This document shows, piece by piece, positions 31,401 through 42,313 of a stretch of DNA of 64,000 nt; positions within the stretch are counted from its first letter, which is position 1, and every line of letters starts with the position of its first letter. This stretch comes from Savitreella phatthalungensis. Lineage: Eukaryota. Location: the NCBI GenBank assembly GCA_051599415.1, contig AP039698.1, forward strand, positions 1 to 64,000. Reading direction: 5' to 3'. Below the pieces are notes generated by a model. That model did no database searches. It saw only the letters and a program-made list of their open reading frames with translations, and was not told the origin of the DNA. The position numbers and the translations under genes are program-made.

Positions 31401-34400
31401 GGCACACTTGCAGAGCTGAAAGGTTTCGAGCTCAAACGGCGTGGCGAGCTCAAGCTTATTAAGGTATTTCAGAATCAAGTGTTCAAGGTCTTTCTCGAAG
31501 GAGCCACCCTGTCAGAGTGCTATGAGGCCGTCGGACGCGTCGCCGACAAATGGCTAGACGTCCTTTACAGCAGGGGCGCGACCCTGGCTGATGAAGAGCT
31601 GATTGATCTCGTCTGCGAGAATCGCTCGATGAGCAAGACGGTGGCTGAATATGGCACGCTGAAGAGCACATCGATTTCAACTGCCAAAAGGCTAGCTGAA
31701 TTTCTGGGCGACCAGATGACTAAGGACAAAGGACTCGCCTGCAAGTACATCATCTCGACCGAGCCACGCTCGCTGCCCGTGACAGAGCGCGCGGTTCCAA
31801 TAGCTATTTTCTCCGCCGAGGAATCAATCAAGCGCCACTTTCTCCGACGCTGGCTTCGTGATCCGAGTCTAAACAGCTTCGATATCCGCAATATCCTCGA
31901 TTGGACGTACTATCTAGAGCGTTTCGGGTCTGTTATCCAGAAGCTCATCACGATGCCAGCCGCAATGCAGAAGGTTCGCAACCCAGTGCCCCGCGTCGCA
32001 CATCCCGAATGGCTCAACAAGCAACTCGCGGCTGCGCTCAATCCTCTCAAGCAGTCATCAATGTCAGGCTTCGTACGCAAGACTGAGCGCGAGACACTGG
32101 CCGAGATGACGCCAAATGTTCAGCGTCTAAGTACCATTGGTTCACCTGGAAAATCAGTCAATTCGCACAACGGACTCAAACGAAAGTTGGATGATCGCGC
32201 GGCTGAAGAAGAGGCTGCGGCACTCCGACCACTTCTCTTGTCAGGCTACGAAGGCGTTGTGGAGGACGAGGACGGATCGCCAATCAGTGGCTATACTATC
32301 TGGCTTCGGCATCAGCGGCGAAAATGGCGCGCGCAAGCAGCCGCACGCGCTCGCCGGAAAAAACTCATGGGCACGACCGCGGCAGTCCCGGGTGTTCTGT
32401 CCCAGCTGCAACTCAAGGCAGCACAGCGCGCTTCAAGCGACACCTACGAGATTGTCTCTGTCGAACAGTCCAAGGTTGGCACGCTTAGATGTTGGGCCAT
32501 CATTGGCGGCACGCTGACGTCTGTCAAATTGCTTGCCCAGCGCCAGATCTTCGTCAATTTCCATAGCGAGCGAGACATGCCGGATGTCGAAATACCAGGC
32601 TGCAACATCGCTAAAGTCTCTTGTCGTCTGCCGAATGGCTCAATCGCCAAGCATGCCTTCAAGATTTCGATGGCAGAAGCCACATACCGTGACAACATCG
32701 ACAAGCTCGGCGCCATCTTTGCACATCCCGCTATACAGGGCGTGTACGAGCAGAATCTGCCACAGGACGTTCGAGCCATCATGCAGATAGGGACGACTTG
32801 CTCCTTCGATGATGCACGTCCCGGCTCGCTAGCAAAAGCCATGTCATCCGGATTCAGCCTTGAGATGCTGAAGCCCACGGTCGATTCGGGCTATCTCGAA
32901 AATCCGTTGAACTTTATTTTACTGGCCAGCACAGCCGTCGGCGAACGGGACGTAGTCATCGTTCGAGCTTTCAACTGCAGTCTTGTACAGCTCATATGTC
33001 TGGATCCGAAACACGAGCTTGCTAGAGGCTGGCAGCTCGAGCGTAATTACCAAGAGCTGCTGGAGGAAAGACAGCATATATCAGAGACGATCACCTTCCA
33101 GACAACAGTCGTGCACACCGAGGCACGTCTGATCAAGGCACTCAGCGAGGCGATACGTGCGGCACGCCAAGCGTGTGACAGCCCATCCGTTGTCGTCCTG
33201 AGCTGCGACAAGGCCACGGTACTCAGTGCTCCTGTCCTGTCGGAGCAACCGTATGTGTGCATGGCTGCACCGGCAAGCGCCCCGAGTACGCTGAATTGGC
33301 AGAGTAGTGCGGCTCGACAGCTTCTTGGCCGGATGCTTGATACTCCGGCCTGGGTCGAGGAGCGCAGGACGATGGCGAAATACAGCCGAGTGCCAATGTG
33401 CAATCTGACGAGTCCAAGCAGAGCTCTAGATATCGCTATGGCTCGACAGCTCAAGAGCCAGGACTATCTGCTCGACTGGTCCGTGGCAGGCCAAGGTACC
33501 ACGCTCGATCGAGTTGCTCCAATCAAAATCCGGAATGCCGGAGCTTTCGACACCGTCTGCGTCGAGCTTGAAGTCCGCAACTTGATTGTCAGCACACTGC
33601 TCAACTCGGCGCTGATAAATGAGCTCGAAGGGAGCGTTACGGACGATGTGTTCGTTGACCAGGAACAGGCGTCCGAAGCACCTACGATCGTGGCGTTCAA
33701 AGCATTGATCAAGAATTGGTGGTTGGAGGCGACTCAAGGTCGTCAAGAGGCCGACGTGATGATTGACCATGCGGTGCGCTGGGTGCAATCTCCTGCGAGT
33801 TGCATGTATAGCCATGAGCTTGATTTGTACGCTCGACGAATCACAAACAAGGCTTTCATGCAACTGATCGCTGAGCTGCGAAAGGTTGGTGCCCAAGTGG
33901 TGTATGGATCCGATGCACGCCTCATCATCAAAACGTCGAAGCAACACATCAGCACGGCGCTCGCTTACGCAAATTATGTCGTGCGAGCGATCCGGTCGAG
34001 GCCGTTGTTCCACTTCATCGACTTACAGATCGTCGAGTACTGGGATTGGCTGATCTGGCTTGACGAGACCAATTTCGGAGGCTACTGCACACGCGAGATC
34101 TCGGAGAATACAGCTATGGCGGTCGCGATGCACTGGAACCTGAAGCTGCACTTGCCAGACATGCTCGCGGCGGTCTTTGAGGACTGGATAGTCGAGTATG
34201 TCGCCGAAATGTACGAAGCGAAGCTCGGTCAGTTAGCACAGAATGGCGAATGCGCGACGCAACGCCCCTCAGACACTGATTTGACAGCTGAGAAGGAACG
34301 AATCGTCTCGGGCGTCATCGCTGGGCTCGCCGGACCGCTTGTCAAGCAAGTTGAACAACTAGTCATCAAGTACAATCGATGGCGCCTGCGCAACGACGAA

Positions 34401-35024
34401 TCTGACGACACTTTCCTACGACCGCCACGCCCAAGCATCGATCTGCAGCACGAACATCCGGTACTGAGTCTCACGAAGTATTTGTGCCAGGTCTTCGCGC
34501 TTGTACCCGAGGGACAGATTGCGAATCGTGTTTTGCGACGAGATCTATTGGCACTCGTCGACGTCCGAGAGTTCTCACCTGCGGGTAAATTTGAGGACCC
34601 TGCCATGGCTGTCACACTCGAACGATTGCCATGCTGTCGTTGCGGAGGTGCCTGTGACCTCAAGCTCGGCCGTGACAATCTCACTACCATCCATTCTGAT
34701 GCGTCGTCGCCCATGGCACGCGTCGAGTGGCATTGTCCAACATGCGGCACGTCGATCAATGCTCTGCTAATTCAAGAGCTTCTGATCGGACAAGCCTTAC
34801 AATTAATGTCGCGCTACCAGACCCAGGACTTGAGATGCGCAGGGAAGTGTAAAGCCTTGATGACGACAAACATGATCAGCCATTGCGGCTGCGCGGGCAA
34901 TTGGCAAGCGAAAACAACGAGCAAAGACATGCAGCGAGAACTGCATGCATTGCGCTCAATAGGGGACTACTTCGAATTCTCTATGCTGCAAGGCGTCTTA
35001 GACGAGCTACCCATGCCGGCCTAA
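28500..35024 (+). CDS. POL2: DNA polymerase epsilon catalytic subunit
   Basis: Exonuclease AFDIETTK, polymerase HLDVASMYPNI and ELDTDG, C-terminal CysA/CysB; 2174 aa with no interruption. Confidence 0.99.
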   Translation: MGRSAVFGIPSAARGGHSARSRGRFVKRPNNGAGSIGTTASENTTASSSEEKFAAIQLSNTIDEKFGFAKFESGPRRQGWLINMHSTLLQDPAFPNGRSAVDFYFLEDGGTGFKATIPYEPYMLVAVKVGHEAECEEFLRRKFEGVLRSISRITKEDLRMPNHLTGYRRTFLQLAFGSGNDLYEAKRYLMPVVEKNKRNVTAMDTYNEVVAAATKMPDEDDIAGESKANPLDAFMDVREHDVPYHVRVAIDLDIRIGKWYDVAAKHGQVSMSVVEDRLTRADPVIMAFDIETTKSPLKFPDAAIDQIMMISYMIDGQGFLITNREVVSRDIDDFEYTPKPEFQGPFVIFNEADEVAVLRRFYDHIIEARPTVMVTYNGDFFDWPFVETRSRILGIDMYEEIGFRKNAEDVYESKHCVHMDAFAWVKRDSYLPQGSQGLKAVTTAKLGYDPIELDPELMTLYAAEKPQILSQYSVSDAVATYYLYMKYCHPFIFSLCNIIPLNPDDVLRKGTGTLCEMLLMVKAYQDGIVLPNKHVDEPERFFEGHLLDSETYVGGHVESLEAGVFRSDIPEKFNLDARAVQQLLDDLDHALRFSIEVEGGRKLEEVLNYDEIRAQIAAQLVDLRDRPTRADCPKIYHLDVASMYPNIMITNRLQPDSMMDESTCATCDYNRPGKTCDRKMTWSWRGEFFPTKMDEYNMIKRTLMADSFPPRFPGGRQRSFEELTPSDQMAQITKRLGDYSRKVYHKLKDTRTIERETIVCQRENPFYVNTVKSFRDRRYDYKTQQKVWKKNVERFAADGKPTEEAKKMVVLYDSLQLAHKVILNSFYGYVMRKGSRWYSMEMAGVTCLTGATIIQMARQLVEKLGRPLELDTDGIWCILPDAFPENFTFKTTKGPLFISYPCVMLNHLVHAQFTNHAYEELDGNRYKRTSENSIFFEVDGPYKAMILPTSKEENKNLKKRYAVFNHDGTLAELKGFELKRRGELKLIKVFQNQVFKVFLEGATLSECYEAVGRVADKWLDVLYSRGATLADEELIDLVCENRSMSKTVAEYGTLKSTSISTAKRLAEFLGDQMTKDKGLACKYIISTEPRSLPVTERAVPIAIFSAEESIKRHFLRRWLRDPSLNSFDIRNILDWTYYLERFGSVIQKLITMPAAMQKVRNPVPRVAHPEWLNKQLAAALNPLKQSSMSGFVRKTERETLAEMTPNVQRLSTIGSPGKSVNSHNGLKRKLDDRAAEEEAAALRPLLLSGYEGVVEDEDGSPISGYTIWLRHQRRKWRAQAAARARRKKLMGTTAAVPGVLSQLQLKAAQRASSDTYEIVSVEQSKVGTLRCWAIIGGTLTSVKLLAQRQIFVNFHSERDMPDVEIPGCNIAKVSCRLPNGSIAKHAFKISMAEATYRDNIDKLGAIFAHPAIQGVYEQNLPQDVRAIMQIGTTCSFDDARPGSLAKAMSSGFSLEMLKPTVDSGYLENPLNFILLASTAVGERDVVIVRAFNCSLVQLICLDPKHELARGWQLERNYQELLEERQHISETITFQTTVVHTEARLIKALSEAIRAARQACDSPSVVVLSCDKATVLSAPVLSEQPYVCMAAPASAPSTLNWQSSAARQLLGRMLDTPAWVEERRTMAKYSRVPMCNLTSPSRALDIAMARQLKSQDYLLDWSVAGQGTTLDRVAPIKIRNAGAFDTVCVELEVRNLIVSTLLNSALINELEGSVTDDVFVDQEQASEAPTIVAFKALIKNWWLEATQGRQEADVMIDHAVRWVQSPASCMYSHELDLYARRITNKAFMQLIAELRKVGAQVVYGSDARLIIKTSKQHISTALAYANYVVRAIRSRPLFHFIDLQIVEYWDWLIWLDETNFGGYCTREISENTAMAVAMHWNLKLHLPDMLAAVFEDWIVEYVAEMYEAKLGQLAQNGECATQRPSDTDLTAEKERIVSGVIAGLAGPLVKQVEQLVIKYNRWRLRNDESDDTFLRPPRPSIDLQHEHPVLSLTKYLCQVFALVPEGQIANRVLRRDLLALVDVREFSPAGKFEDPAMAVTLERLPCCRCGGACDLKLGRDNLTTIHSDASSPMARVEWHCPTCGTSINALLIQELLIGQALQLMSRYQTQDLRCAGKCKALMTTNMISHCGCAGNWQAKTTSKDMQRELHALRSIGDYFEFSMLQGVLDELPMPA

Positions 35025-35359
35025 CGTCAAGAGCGACCTCGAATCTTCATCTCGGTCGAGCAGTCCAGGCACAAATAGATACATCGCGTATGTAGCTAGA
35101 TAGATCACGACACTGCATGCTTGCACATTCATGATACCAGCAGCTGAATCTCGGGATCAATTGACTAAAACGTGCCAGCGCGTTTACAGCAGTGATCCAG
35201 GTGAAATCTAATGCACGAGCGGCTCAAATGCCCCCCTAAAGGACGTACGTACGTGTGTTCGTGCGTAGCTGTACATGGTTGCTTCAGCTTCATAGCATGC
35301 AGCTTTCACGTACGTATACTCGACGCATGGATCGCAGGTGACGTGTGCATTAGCTTTTG

Positions 35360-36511
35360 ATGACGCAGAAGACCAGCGGGCTGAGCAAGCATGCCGTGCA
35401 CCGTATGTTGGAGCAGCCGAGCAGCGACTTTGAGCAGGTTGCAAACTTCTACCACGATATGAACACGTCCTTCGCTCGAGGCAAGGAGGCTTGGCTGACC
35501 CTAATGATGCCGCCAATGGCGCGTAAGATGGTCCGGATGTCTGCGGCGACGCTGACGCAGCAGAAGCGAGCGGCTGATCTACTTCGAAGAACCTTTCAGA
35601 TTGTGCTTGCCGACCGGGGACCGCCGCCAGGGCAAAACCGACCCGACGCCGACAGCGGCGTAGGAAAGAGGGCCATTGCATATTCCATTGCCAACTTACT
35701 CTTTCGTGTATACTTCTGGGCGCACAATGTGATCATGGTCGATACAATAGCCCGCAACATCGTTTCTGCCGGCATACCATTCGATAATCCGGCCTTCGCG
35801 AGTAGAGCGGACCGTGTTGCTTACAGATACTATATTGGCCGCTATTGGCTGTCGCAGCAGGCCTTCGCTCGTGCGCACAGGCACCTTCAATACGCTTACG
35901 ATAATTGTTCAGCCAATTGTAAGCGGCAGAAGCGTGTCGCACTAGTCTACCTGGTTGTTGCGGGGCTGCCAATTGGGCTCCTCCCCACGCCGGAACTGCT
36001 CACCCTCATGGACCTCGATATTTTCTTACCACTAGTCCGAGCAATCGTGACTGGCGACTTCTCCGAGTATCACCGCCATCTCGAAGGGTCGCGCGCGTGG
36101 TTCAGGCGGTATGAAGTTTACCTCACGCTAAAAATGCGGGTCGACTTGCTGATGTACAGATCGCTTCTGCGCAGAACGTTTCTGTTGCATCGAGACAGCA
36201 GCGTAAGCCAGCAAAGTAAGGGTCCACCGTATCTGCCACTTGCCGCCTTCCATGTTGCGCTAGCCATGGTCCGAGGAGACTCTGATTCGGTTGCGGTCGA
36301 CCACTCGGCCTGCGATGCATGGGACATGACCGACACCGAGATGCTGGTCGTCAGCCTAATCGACGCGGGACTTGTGCGCGGATACATCCAGCATGAGCGT
36401 ATGCTGCTAGTGCTCGACGGCCGGGACAAACAACGATTCGGTTTTTCTCAGCCGTCCGGCATCCGTATTGCCGTGGCCGATGACAATGATAGCGAGCAGT
36501 TCGGCAGCTAG
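35360..36511 (+). CDS. PCI-domain protein (Csn12/PCID2/Thp1 family)
   Basis: K........N.LFR.YF, V.YRYY.GRY, L..AY..C, and LID.G.VRGYI.H. The N-terminus is uncertain. Confidence 0.85.
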   Translation: MTQKTSGLSKHAVHRMLEQPSSDFEQVANFYHDMNTSFARGKEAWLTLMMPPMARKMVRMSAATLTQQKRAADLLRRTFQIVLADRGPPPGQNRPDADSGVGKRAIAYSIANLLFRVYFWAHNVIMVDTIARNIVSAGIPFDNPAFASRADRVAYRYYIGRYWLSQQAFARAHRHLQYAYDNCSANCKRQKRVALVYLVVAGLPIGLLPTPELLTLMDLDIFLPLVRAIVTGDFSEYHRHLEGSRAWFRRYEVYLTLKMRVDLLMYRSLLRRTFLLHRDSSVSQQSKGPPYLPLAAFHVALAMVRGDSDSVAVDHSACDAWDMTDTEMLVVSLIDAGLVRGYIQHERMLLVLDGRDKQRFGFSQPSGIRIAVADDNDSEQFGS

Positions 36512-36518
36512 AGGGCGC

Positions 36519-37982
36519 TCAACGCTTGCCACGTAGCTCCTGGATATCCGAAAGAATGCCGCGCGCCTCCGTGGCAAGCGCTATCCCTAATGCCGAGACA
36601 ATCTCTACGGCCAGACTTGTTAGATTTGCATTCGGCGCGATGACTGGTACCACAAAGGCACTGAACACTGCCAGGAGAAGCAGCGACACAGGCATCGCAT
36701 CCCGAGCGAGTACGTAACCAAAACGCTGTACAGCAATGTGCAAAGACCACACCAGGCGCAGGCTAAGGTTGACACAATTTGCATACACCAATCCGCTGGC
36801 ACCGAGATATGCAAATTGCCACGAAGCGGCTGCAAATACCGGAAAGCAGATGATCCAAAAAATGGCCTGGAGTCGCAATTGTCGCGCCGTGCCTGTGGCC
36901 GCCACGAAGGCCTCGGCGACTCCGTTCAGGGCAAGTATGGGCAGGTACCTGCAGTAGGCCTGCAGAACCGGTGTCACAGCTATCCATTGACTGCCGTGCA
37001 AGAGGCGCGGCAGAATGAGGCCGAGAACCCTAGGAGCGTATCCGAGTGCAAAGCATCCAGCCACAGCATAGAGGCGCAGCAAGAGTGCGTATACTAAGTA
37101 GGCTGTTCGTTCGTCAGATCTGTCGTTCTGTCGCACCGCATTACTGAAATACGATCTTGATGCTTCTTCAACAGGCTGGAAGACAATCCGAGCAAGCAGT
37201 CCTCCGTAGTTGGCAGCAAGTCCATATATTCCTTGCTCTGTGTTTGTATTGAACAAAGAGACGATGATCTTGTCTCCCTCTGTCAGCAGATACTTGAGCA
37301 TCCCGCTGACAGTCTGACCCAGAGCGAATGATAGAAGAGATCGGTCCAGGCTTGACATTTGTGGGGTATGGAGCTCTGTGGTAATAGCGTAGGCTGCAGT
37401 GAGCACGATTGCATAGGTCAGTTGTCCATATGCAAACGGCAAAGCTCCACCGGCGAGTCCGAGGGATCTTGCAGACAAAAAGACGATAATACAACGAGCG
37501 ACGACGGCAAAGCCCTCACAGACAGCCCGCCGGCGGAATGCCAAGGATTGCAATGCGAGGTTGTAAGCAGGTTCGCTGAGGAGCTCGATGACGGATGCAA
37601 AGGCATAGAGAATGGCGCTGTGAGTGAAGTACGGCGTTGCGAGTGACTCTTGCGACGCGTTCCTGAGGTACAGGATCGTGAGGACAGGCGTCGCGATGAC
37701 ACCGAACAACAGCGGTATGACAGACAGTGTCACGACCTGTCGAGACTGTCTCTCACGCTGCTCAGACACTGCGATACGCTGTGCAGCTAGGCGGAAGCCT
37801 TCACGACAGAGGAACAAAGCCGTGTTAAGGAGCAGCTCGAGTTGGACGGTGGCAAGACCGAGCACAGCTGGCGATGTATAGCGCAGAACGAGCTGATTCA
37901 AGGAGAATGTGAGCACCTTTGTGCATAGCTGTAAGACAATCAAGTAAGACGTTCCTATGAGTGATGTCTTGAGCACAGACAT
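36519..37982 (-). CDS. RFT1: Man5GlcNAc2-PP-dolichol translocation protein Rft1
   Basis: TF.LNQ, QLELL..T.LF..REGFR, K.LLTEGDK, QG.Y.LA.NYG.L.AR..FQPVEE, and NGV.EAFV. Confidence 0.95.
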   Translation of the reverse strand: MSVLKTSLIGTSYLIVLQLCTKVLTFSLNQLVLRYTSPAVLGLATVQLELLLNTALFLCREGFRLAAQRIAVSEQRERQSRQVVTLSVIPLLFGVIATPVLTILYLRNASQESLATPYFTHSAILYAFASVIELLSEPAYNLALQSLAFRRRAVCEGFAVVARCIIVFLSARSLGLAGGALPFAYGQLTYAIVLTAAYAITTELHTPQMSSLDRSLLSFALGQTVSGMLKYLLTEGDKIIVSLFNTNTEQGIYGLAANYGGLLARIVFQPVEEASRSYFSNAVRQNDRSDERTAYLVYALLLRLYAVAGCFALGYAPRVLGLILPRLLHGSQWIAVTPVLQAYCRYLPILALNGVAEAFVAATGTARQLRLQAIFWIICFPVFAAASWQFAYLGASGLVYANCVNLSLRLVWSLHIAVQRFGYVLARDAMPVSLLLLAVFSAFVVPVIAPNANLTSLAVEIVSALGIALATEARGILSDIQELRGKR

Positions 37983-38325
37983 AGCTGTTGTTATCTGCTT
38001 CCTTGCTCTGCTACTCAAAGGCAGGCGGCCTCTGAAGGCGAGATGTGCATTCGTCGAGAGAAATCCTGTCCTTCTACGTGCACGGAACAATGTCCTTTCT
38101 CGAGCGAGCGAGCTCCATATTGGGACATAGAAAGTGCATTGATGCATGCATCGACCATACATATCACGCGTACGTACGCTCATCTGCAGATGGGTGTAGC
38201 ACGTGCAGGGCGATCGTAGCTAGTAGCCACCAGCCAGATGCAGGGATTCCACGCACAATGACAATCGCAGTTGGAAAAAATCAGTCATGCGCAAACCATG
38301 GAATGCTTGAAGACGGTGTCAGTGT

Positions 38326-40653
38326 ATGCTTGGTGGTGTCAAGTCACTTTTGCTCACTCGAATCTCACTACGAACTCTCAATTCGTCTATCAGACAGCCG
38401 CTGATTGTAAGCCAGCGCAGCAGAATGAGTGGACTTGTCGACAAAGTCGTCGACGGCGTCAAGGCTGTTGCCCTTGAAGCCGAACATCAGGTTGAGCAAT
38501 TGAAGACTGAGACTGAGCTACGGAAGCAAAACCAGCAACTCACGCAAGGTAGATCGGAGAAGAAGGAGAAGAAGACCAAGTCATCTGCTGAGGGTGACAA
38601 GAAGAAACACCCACTCGAGGTCACTCCACCTCCAGCCTTTCTGCAGCAGAGACTTGCCCTTTTCGACAAGCTTAAGGCCGAACAGGATGCGCAGGCTGCA
38701 AGTCAAGAGCGTAAGCCCATCACTGTGACATTGCCAGACGGCGCGACGAAGGAGGCCATATCTTGGGAGACTAGTCCGATGGATATCGCCGTCGGAATCT
38801 CACAGGGACTTGCCGACCGCACCGTCATTGCCAAGGTCAACGGCAAGCTATGGGACATGACTCGGCCGTTCGAGGAAGATGCGACACTTGAGCTGCTCGA
38901 CTTCAGCTCACCTGAGGGCAAACGTGTTTTCTGGCACTCCTCTGCACATATCTTGGGTGAGGCAGCAGAACGGCACTACGGCTGCCACCTGTGCCTGGGT
39001 CCGCCGACCGAGGAAGGCTTCTTCTACGAGATGGGCATGAATTCAGACCGCGTCGTCGAGGCTGGTGATTACAATGCTCTTGAAACTCTTGCGCAGAACA
39101 TCGTCAAGGAGAAGCAACCTTTCGAGAGACTCGTTCTTTCGAAGGAAAACCTCCTCGAGATGTTCAAGTACAACAAATACAAGCAGTACATGATATCGAC
39201 CAAAGTTCCGGATGGCTCAAGCACGACAGTATACCGATGCGGACCGCTCATCGACTTGTGTGTTGGTCCGCACGTTCCGCATACGGGTCGCATCAAATCG
39301 CTAGCTGTGATGAAGAATTCGGCCTCCTATTTCCTGGGAGACGCGAAGAATGACTCGCTTCAGCGTATCTACGGTGTCTCATTCCCTGACAAGAAGCAAA
39401 TGGCTGAGCACAAGGCATTCCTGGCAGAGGCAGCCAAGCGGGATCACAGACGCATCGGTCGTGAGCAGGAGCTCTTCTTCTTCCACGAGCTCTCTCCGGG
39501 CTCGTGCTTCTGGCTGCCACATGGTGCTCGCATCTACAACACGCTGGTCAATTTCATGAAAGCTGAATATCGTGCGCGCGGTTATGAGGAAGTCATCACA
39601 CCAAACATGTTCAACTCGAAATTGTGGCAGACATCCGGGCACTGGCAGAATTACTCTGAGAATATGTTCTCTTTCGATGTCGAAAAGGAGAAGTTTGCGC
39701 TCAAGCCGATGAACTGTCCGGGTCACTGCCTGTTGTACAAGGTTCGTGAACGCTCTTACCGCGAGCTGCCCTTGCGGCTGGCGGATTTCGGCGTGCTGCA
39801 TCGGAACGAGTTTTCCGGAGCGCTGACGGGTCTGACACGCGTGAGACGCTTCCAGCAGGATGACGCCCACATTTTCTGCACACCCGATCAGGTCAAGCAG
39901 GAGATCATGGGTGTATTTGACTTTCTCAAACATGTCTATGGCGTGTTCGGATTCACCTTCAAGCTGGAGCTTTCCACAAGACCGGAGAAGTTCCTCGGTA
40001 AGATCGAGACCTGGAACACAGCTGAGGCCCAGCTTGAGGAGGCTCTGAACGAGTTTGGTGTAGACTGGCAGCTGAATCCACAGGATGGTGCCTTCTACGG
40101 CCCGAAAATCGACGTCACCATCTCAGATGCCCTCCGGAGACAGTTCCAGTGCGCTACGATTCAGCTCGATTTCCAGTTGCCTCAGCAATTCGAGCTCGAG
40201 TATGCATCTTCGACGGATGAGCCCAACACCAGGCCGGTGATGATCCATCGTGCTATTCTCGGCTCGGTCGAACGCATGACTGCGATCCTCACAGAGCACT
40301 ACGCTGGTCGCTGGCCAGTGTGGTTGTCTCCTAGACAGGTCATGGTCATTCCGATCGCACCGAAGTACAATGCGTACGCTGCCAAAGTGCGCGATGAATT
40401 GTATGCCCACGGCTTCCACGTCGACACAGACCTGAGTGGCAACACGATCAAGAAGAAGGTTCTCAACGCACAACAGGACCTCTACAACTTCGCATTCGTG
40501 GTTGGCGCCGATGAAGAGGCTGAGCAATCCGTTAACGTCCGCAATTGCCGTGATCAGGGCAAGCAGGAACGGGCTGAGACTATTAAGCTCGCTGAAGCTA
40601 TCGACCGGCTGAAGCGCGTGCGAGACTCAAAGCAGCAAGAGAACGAGTTGTAA
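38326..40653 (+). CDS. THS1: Threonyl-tRNA synthetase (cytosolic type) with a probable N-terminal mitochondrial presequence
   Basis: TGS domain, [29 protein letters not shown] and HRAILGS. A second in-frame ATG lies at 38425. Confidence 0.97.
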   Translation: MLGGVKSLLLTRISLRTLNSSIRQPLIVSQRSRMSGLVDKVVDGVKAVALEAEHQVEQLKTETELRKQNQQLTQGRSEKKEKKTKSSAEGDKKKHPLEVTPPPAFLQQRLALFDKLKAEQDAQAASQERKPITVTLPDGATKEAISWETSPMDIAVGISQGLADRTVIAKVNGKLWDMTRPFEEDATLELLDFSSPEGKRVFWHSSAHILGEAAERHYGCHLCLGPPTEEGFFYEMGMNSDRVVEAGDYNALETLAQNIVKEKQPFERLVLSKENLLEMFKYNKYKQYMISTKVPDGSSTTVYRCGPLIDLCVGPHVPHTGRIKSLAVMKNSASYFLGDAKNDSLQRIYGVSFPDKKQMAEHKAFLAEAAKRDHRRIGREQELFFFHELSPGSCFWLPHGARIYNTLVNFMKAEYRARGYEEVITPNMFNSKLWQTSGHWQNYSENMFSFDVEKEKFALKPMNCPGHCLLYKVRERSYRELPLRLADFGVLHRNEFSGALTGLTRVRRFQQDDAHIFCTPDQVKQEIMGVFDFLKHVYGVFGFTFKLELSTRPEKFLGKIETWNTAEAQLEEALNEFGVDWQLNPQDGAFYGPKIDVTISDALRRQFQCATIQLDFQLPQQFELEYASSTDEPNTRPVMIHRAILGSVERMTAILTEHYAGRWPVWLSPRQVMVIPIAPKYNAYAAKVRDELYAHGFHVDTDLSGNTIKKKVLNAQQDLYNFAFVVGADEEAEQSVNVRNCRDQGKQERAETIKLAEAIDRLKRVRDSKQQENEL

Positions 40654-40780
40654 TAGTTTATATTGGTGACGCTAGAGAGATAGCTGCGCAACTACCGGCT
40701 GGATGTCATGATGCAGTCTTCGAAAGACCTCAGGATTTTATATGACCTGATTCGCCACTGCATACATCGCTCGCCGATGT

Positions 40781-40842
40781 CGGGTAAAAAGACGATGTCT
40801 TCACGTGTTGTCCGGCTAAATTACAAAGGCTCCTCGGTTAAA
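40781..40842 (+). promoter_or_regulatory. Three CGGNTAAA sites (XlnR/Xyr1-type) upstream of xylose reductase
   Basis: CGGGTAAA at 40781, CGGCTAAA at 40813 and CGGTTAAA at 40835, all in the same orientation. Confidence 0.5.
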
Positions 40843-41344
40843 TTGTCTTTGGCGGAAACACGTCCGGTATGGCTTGAAGGTCCTTAGCATAAGGGTATAT
40901 TTTATGCATCCCTCCAGCCCAATATCCATTATGCAGTAATTTATTCACATATGATTGAATTGATAAAAATTTGACTAGTCGATGTGATCTTGCAAGTGCA
41001 TCGAAGTTCGTGGAATTGTGCCAGAGAGTGATCGTCATCGTCATTGCCTGTTTAGAAGTCTTAGCATGTAATGAATTGGAAGTTTCGACCGCTGTGACGT
41101 CGATAGAGCCAATCGCCAGGGAGGCCACGAAACTCTATAATCTGCCTATATGAATGGATAAATGCAACCCACGCTTGTGCCCTGAAACTATCATTACCCA
41201 TAAAGCCGACAACGATCGGTTGGTGGCGGATTCGAACAATCAATCTAGTAGAATCAGACGCGAGACGTTCATTGTCTCGGAGACGACTCCACGACATATA
41301 TATTGGGCTCACTACTTCCCATCATCTTTTCCAACGAAACAAAT

Positions 41345-42313
41345 ATGACTGCAACGCTTCAACTCAATGATGGAGGTGCTATGCCAACCGTCGGGTTTGG
41401 CCTGTGGAAGATTCCACAGGATGTCTGTGCTGACCAGGTGTACAATGCAATCAAGACGGGTTATCGCCTGCTAGACGGCGCATGTGATTATGGCAATGAG
41501 AAACAAGTCGGCCAGGGCATCAAACGCGCCATCGATGAAGGCATTGTCAAGCGATCCGACCTTTTCGTGACCACAAAGCTCTGGAATACGTATCACGCAA
41601 AGGAGAACGTCCGGCCAGCTTTCGAGCGGTCCCTGAACGACATGGGCCTCGAGTACATTGACTTGTACCTCATCCATTTCCCAATCTCTCTGGCGTACGT
41701 ACCGTTCGACAAGCGCTATCCCCCGGGCTTCTTCTTTGATGACGCCGGCAAAGAGGTTCGCACTGAAAAGTCACCAATGCACGAGACTTGGGCCGCAATG
41801 GAGGAACTTGTCCAGTCTGGTCAGGCCAAACACATTGGCATTTCCAACTTCAATGCACAGCTCATCATGGACTTGTTGCGATACGCTAAGATCCAGCCAG
41901 CAGTGCTGCAGATCGAGCACCACCCGTATTATGTGCAGCAGGACTTGATCGATTACTGCGAGGAGCAGAAAATCAAAGTCACCGCATACTCCTCTTTCGG
42001 ACCGACATCCTACGTTGAGCTCGACACGATATACTCGAAAGATACACCACCGCTGCTTGAGCATGATCTGATCAAGCAGATTGCTGACAAGCACGGCAAG
42101 ACGACCGGCCAGGTTTTGCTTCGCTGGGCCACACAGCGTGGTGTCGCGGTTATCCCAAAGTCGAACAATCCGCAACGTCTGCAAGCGAACCTGGAATGCA
42201 CGGAGTTTGATCTGACTCAAGACGACCTGAAACAATTATCCGGACTCGACCAGGACCGCAAGTTCAATGCTCCTGAGCAGTACGGAATTCCACTACGCGG
42301 GCTCTTTGCATGA
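41345..42313 (+). CDS. XYL1: NAD(P)H-dependent xylose/aldose reductase (AKR2)
   Basis: MP.VGFGLWK, DGACDYGNE, KLWN, LIHFP, YPPG, QIEHHPY, YSSFGP and IPKSN. Confidence 0.93.
   Translation: MTATLQLNDGGAMPTVGFGLWKIPQDVCADQVYNAIKTGYRLLDGACDYGNEKQVGQGIKRAIDEGIVKRSDLFVTTKLWNTYHAKENVRPAFERSLNDMGLEYIDLYLIHFPISLAYVPFDKRYPPGFFFDDAGKEVRTEKSPMHETWAAMEELVQSGQAKHIGISNFNAQLIMDLLRYAKIQPAVLQIEHHPYYVQQDLIDYCEEQKIKVTAYSSFGPTSYVELDTIYSKDTPPLLEHDLIKQIADKHGKTTGQVLLRWATQRGVAVIPKSNNPQRLQANLECTEFDLTQDDLKQLSGLDQDRKFNAPEQYGIPLRGLFA

Noticed and set aside
28500..35024. Intein or insertion in POL2; alternative genetic code
   Set aside because: Length and motifs are normal, and CTG falls at a conserved Leu in H4, consistent with the standard code.
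35200..35356. GTACGT motifs upstream of the PCI gene as possible 5' splice sites
   Set aside because: No convincing branch point or upstream exon; the region is generally rich in short palindromes.
38141..38152. GCATGC/ATGCAT palindromes recurring in intergenic regions
   Set aside because: They are also frequent within coding regions, and enrichment cannot be shown by eye.
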